The position numbers and the translations under genes were made by a program. 64,000 nucleotides of DNA from Bacteroidales bacterium. GTDB lineage: Bacteria; Bacteroidota; Bacteroidia; Bacteroidales; P3. The notes beneath the pieces were generated by a model. It saw only the letters and a program-made list of their open reading frames with translations, had not been told where the DNA came from and made no database searches. Below, piece after piece: positions 62,001-64,000 of the stretch. How positions within the stretch are numbered: the stretch's first letter is position 1; each line of letters begins with the position of its first letter. The stretch is from positions 16,259 through 80,258 of the forward strand of contig JAFURZ010000005.1 in assembly GCA_017480785.1 (NCBI GenBank), given 5' to 3'.

Positions 62001-62297
62001 ACCGGTCACCTCCAGCGTGCTGCCCTTGGGCAGGCTCACCAGGACCGACAGCGACGGCAGGTCGGGACAGCCCACACGTCCGGTGCCGATGGCCATCCCC
62101 TCCCACCCGAGGCGACAGAAAGCCCGAGAGGCATTGCTGTCGACCCGGGGCATGCTTCCTTGCACCTCGAAACGGAGACGGAAGAGGCTGTCGCCCTCTC
62201 CCACGAGGGACAACATGGGTTTCCCCACCGGCTGCGCACTTGCAGCAGACAGCATCAACAGACATATAATCAGTGCGATATATCGCCTAACATTCAT
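59058..62297 (-). CDS. Peptidase C25 (gingipain-like) family protein with T9SS C-terminal domain; PorU-like sortase candidate
   Basis: ORF 59058..62369 trimmed to ATG 62297 (MNVRRYIALIICLLMLSAASAQ). Candidate His/Cys sites LLNYTAHCTSAGW and YVNNCCLSNAFDG. CTD: LHVFPNPCNGTVTVD..GVYLLRLVTATGRAHQTLVIHH. The PorU call is inference. Confidence 0.7.
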   Translation of the reverse strand: MNVRRYIALIICLLMLSAASAQPVGKPMLSLVGEGDSLFRLRFEVQGSMPRVDSNASRAFCRLGWEGMAIGTGRVGCPDLPSLSVLVSLPKGSTLEVTGVRSTGTVSMDVVPQGRPLAPVTEGWVKDGLPPDYCPDAKVYGSGDLYRGGGRVEVELLGVMGAEQLFRVTVRPVGYRPVDGLLECDTSVDALLHVGKAASPSLGTHGYLVVSRPLFREGLQPFVRWKRQQGFEVMELYVDTHLRDSVKALMRPLWSADGSRGPRHVLLVGDVALLQAFPGTTHPTGLGNHVTDLYYAEFTGDYLPDALLGRWPVNDTAELGAVVRKCIRYEQGADIDTARLKRLLLVAGSEDRAPAPVTTNGQVDYVAREARLAHPFLDTLCYHNPASADQRPAILGDLRRGVALLNYTAHCTSAGWTSPSVTFTSIDTLDNPQPLLYVNNCCLSNAFDGTCFGEQLLRKADGGAIGVIGATNSTLWDEDYYWAVGPKLPLSLTPQYDSLRPGPFDRWLGRTGGVHSQGELLTAGNLAVTAVGSPYDKFYWETYCLLGDPSLEPWVGVPQPLELHLTNGQPTDGAGTLHLGGTPGCTVTAMQHDTVLGMGVMGPDGLLALQLGQSVDTSLLVLTATARHHRPRIDTLTVAAAEGTGVALREVTVGDSVVECRVENVGAVPLYGLRVVLSQIDADSAADALVAEQQTVVDTLLPHQSRRVAVPLQLVAVGQQPGWQAYLFAWDSIEGMLCCIRLQGRLEPRYPELSVRLLEADSSETNRLLPMHTYLLQTTVEGSCDSVSLGLTALPSGDTLSTFRSPLPTLHSPFSTPDDTLTHLHLQASVALGNHRRDYDWYMVGGQRADSFEEGFASYPWQQGGTQPWVVDSTVSHSGRFSVRSGAIDYRQTSDLVLEVLLPQRDTLSYWSRVSSEAQYDKLLFSVDGVRRGNERWGEAGWKCYTTVLDAGRHTLRWRYVKDESGSAGSDCAWIDDVRLPLALWDSAYGWFGDSTRLGIVQPGLPSLHVFPNPCNGTVTVDGGGQGELQVLDLYGRLCFSTRHVAPATYRFPSLPDGVYLLRLVTATGRAHQTLVIHH
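59850..59902. repeat. GGAGAGT/GGAAAGT-type heptamer array inside the C25/PorU-like gene
   Basis: ggtggagaatggagagtggagagtggggagtggagagcggaaagtggaaagcg. Read on the minus strand as STFRSPLPTLHSPFSTP. Confidence 0.85.
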
Positions 62298-62321
62298 CTC
62301 CTCACAGATAGTTTCCCGATG

Positions 62322-62329
62322 CAAAAATA
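62322..62329 (-). promoter_or_regulatory. -7 box upstream of the C25/PorU-like gene
   Basis: Minus-strand TAttTTTG, preceded by a T9 tract (A9 on the + strand, 62332-62340). Confidence 0.5.
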
Positions 62330-62377
62330 AGAAAAAAAAACGACATCGACCGTCATTTAACACGGTCATTTCCCGCC

Positions 62378-62436
62378 CTGTTCTTTTACTGTTCTTTTAC
62401 TGTTCTTTTACCGTTCTTTACAAATTCGTAAAGAAC
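62378..62436. repeat. CTGTTCTTTTA x3 tandem units followed by a hairpin
   Basis: ctgttcttttactgttcttttactgttctttta + ccgttctttac-aaattc-gtaaagaac. Confidence 0.8.
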
Positions 62437-62544
62437 TAGAGGTAAACACCTGGTAATCAGGGGGCGTTTTCTGCACGTCGACGCACACGCCTCCGAAACG
62501 GTCCGGGATGCAAATAAAGTTTTCACGGTTTGGGAAATAATTTG

Positions 62545-62552
62545 TATCTTTG
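62545..62552 (+). promoter_or_regulatory. -7 box upstream of hisS
   Basis: TAtcTTTG lies 20 nt before ATG 62573. Confidence 0.5.
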
Positions 62553-62572
62553 CAACTTAAAACAATACTGTC

Positions 62573-63925
62573 ATGGCCAACGTTAAGTGCTCTATACCAA
62601 AAGGAACGCGCGATTTCCTGCCTGTGGAGATGGCGCGGCGCAACTATATTTTCGACACCATCCGCTCGGTGTTCCGGGCCTTTGCCTTCGAGCCCATCGA
62701 GACCCCGTCGCTGGAGAACCTCTCCACGCTGATGGGCAAATACGGCGAGGAGGGCGACAAGCTGCTCTTCAAGGTGCTCAACTCGGGCGACTTCATGGAG
62801 GGCGTGGACTTCCAGCAGGACTACCACAAGGTGGCCCCGCGCATCTGCGACCGCGGCCTGCGCTACGACCTCACCGTGCCCTTCGCCCGCTTCGTGGTGC
62901 AGCATCGCGACCAGGTGGTCTTCCCCTTCCGCCGCTACCAGCTGCAGCCCGTGTGGCGCGCCGACCGGCCGCAGAAGGGCCGCTATCGCGAGTTCTACCA
63001 GTGCGACGCCGACATGATAGGCTCCGACTCGCTACTCAACGAGCTGGAGCTGGTGCAGATGATAGACATGGTGTTCCAGCGGCTGGGCATCGACGTGGCG
63101 GTGAAAATCAACAACCGCAAGGTGCTGGCCGGCATCGCCGAGATGATTGGCGCGCCTGAGAAGATTGTCGACATCACGGTGGCCATCGACAAGCTCGACA
63201 AGATAGGCCTCGACAACGTGCGCGCCGAACTGGCCGACCGCGGCCTCACGGCCGGGCAGATTGCCGCCCTCGACCCCGTGTTCTCGCTCAGCGGAAGCGC
63301 GGCCGAGAAGCTGACGGCCCTGGAGCGGATGTTTGAAGGTGTAGAGGTTGGGCGCAAGGGGGTCGAAGAGTTGAAGGAACTCTTTGGATATATCGAGACT
63401 GCCGCGCTGCGGTGCGAGGTCGAGTTGGACCTCACCCTGGCCCGCGGCCTCAACTACTACACGGGGGCCATCTTCGAGGTGAAGGCCCTCGATGTGCAGA
63501 TTGGCTCCATCTGCGGCGGCGGCCGCTACGACAACCTGACGGGCATCTTCGGCATGCCGGGCGTGAGCGGCGTGGGCATCAGCTTCGGCGCCGACCGCAT
63601 CTACGACGTGCTGACCGAGCTGCAGGCCTTCCCCGAAGGGTTGGAACAGGCGGCCCGCGTGATGTTCATCAACTTCGGCCCCGCCGAGCAGGCCGCCTGC
63701 GTAGCCATCGCCGCACGCCTCCGGGCGGCAGGCATCTCGACGCTCATCTACCCCGATGCCTCCAAGATGAAGAAGCAGATGGACTTCGCCAACCGCAAGC
63801 AGGTGCCCTTCGTGGCCTTCGTGGGCGAAAGCGAGATGCGCGACGGCACCGTCACCCTCAAGAACATGGCCGACGGCACCCAACAGACCCTCTCGGTAGA
63901 CGATATGATTTCCCAACTCCGATGA
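62573..63925 (+). CDS. hisS: Histidine--tRNA ligase
   Basis: 450-aa ORF with [37 protein letters not shown] and GGGRYDNL. Confidence 0.97.
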   Translation: MANVKCSIPKGTRDFLPVEMARRNYIFDTIRSVFRAFAFEPIETPSLENLSTLMGKYGEEGDKLLFKVLNSGDFMEGVDFQQDYHKVAPRICDRGLRYDLTVPFARFVVQHRDQVVFPFRRYQLQPVWRADRPQKGRYREFYQCDADMIGSDSLLNELELVQMIDMVFQRLGIDVAVKINNRKVLAGIAEMIGAPEKIVDITVAIDKLDKIGLDNVRAELADRGLTAGQIAALDPVFSLSGSAAEKLTALERMFEGVEVGRKGVEELKELFGYIETAALRCEVELDLTLARGLNYYTGAIFEVKALDVQIGSICGGGRYDNLTGIFGMPGVSGVGISFGADRIYDVLTELQAFPEGLEQAARVMFINFGPAEQAACVAIAARLRAAGISTLIYPDASKMKKQMDFANRKQVPFVAFVGESEMRDGTVTLKNMADGTQQTLSVDDMISQLR

Positions 63926-64000
63926 AACGACTACTCTACATACTGCTGCTTTTCCTGCCGCTGGGCCTTTCGGCTCAAGTAATCGACTCGGTCGCCGACA
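63922..64000 (+). CDS. Exported protein, 5' fragment (runs off window)
   Basis: ATG 63922 overlaps the hisS stop as [30 protein letters not shown] is a signal peptide. Only 26 codons are visible. Confidence 0.4.
   Translation, partial: MKRLLYILLLFLPLGLSAQVIDSVAD

Overview
GC-rich chromosomal segment from a Bacteroidota genome that looks Bacteroidales-like. Promoters fit the Bacteroides -33 TTTG / -7 TAnnTTTG consensus. Type IX secretion (T9SS) parts are present: an sprA 5' part, a PorE-like OmpA protein, a C25/PorU-like peptidase and one CTD cargo gene. I call 54 protein-coding loci, two of which are frameshifted. Most are housekeeping: ruvA, tsaC-like, panC, aroQ, gdhA, nadB, EF-G paralog, ribD, miaA, feoAB, rplM-rpsI-rpsB-tsf, comM/yifB, sodB, purL, deoD, cutC, pepD, yidD-rnpA, hisS. 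There is also an ECF-sigma/anti-sigma/outer-membrane-protein operon and a blaI-blaR1-receptor cluster. I see no rRNA, tRNA, CRISPR array, transposase or integrase. Many long ORFs in the track are antisense shadows of real genes, as expected in GC-rich DNA, and several real genes needed 5' trimming. Three things stand out. (1) Short-period tandem arrays (7, 9 or 11 nt units), often arranged as inverted arms, are pervasive. They lie in intergenic DNA and also in frame inside housekeeping genes (ribD four times, purL twice, panC, nadB, the miaA 5' end, blaR1-like, anti-sigma, PorU-like). (2) Three small AT-richer single-gene units each encode a different exported or membrane protein. They share a 46-nt 3' element. 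Two also share a ~240-nt 5' leader, and a different pair share a 93%-identical 72-nt bidirectional promoter module, which looks like a cassette architecture I cannot assign to any known element. (3) Homopolymer tracts sit at the 5' ends of three surface-protein genes. Two of these genes are out of frame exactly at the tract, which suggests slipped-strand phase variation. All family assignments come from motif recognition by eye; no database search was run.
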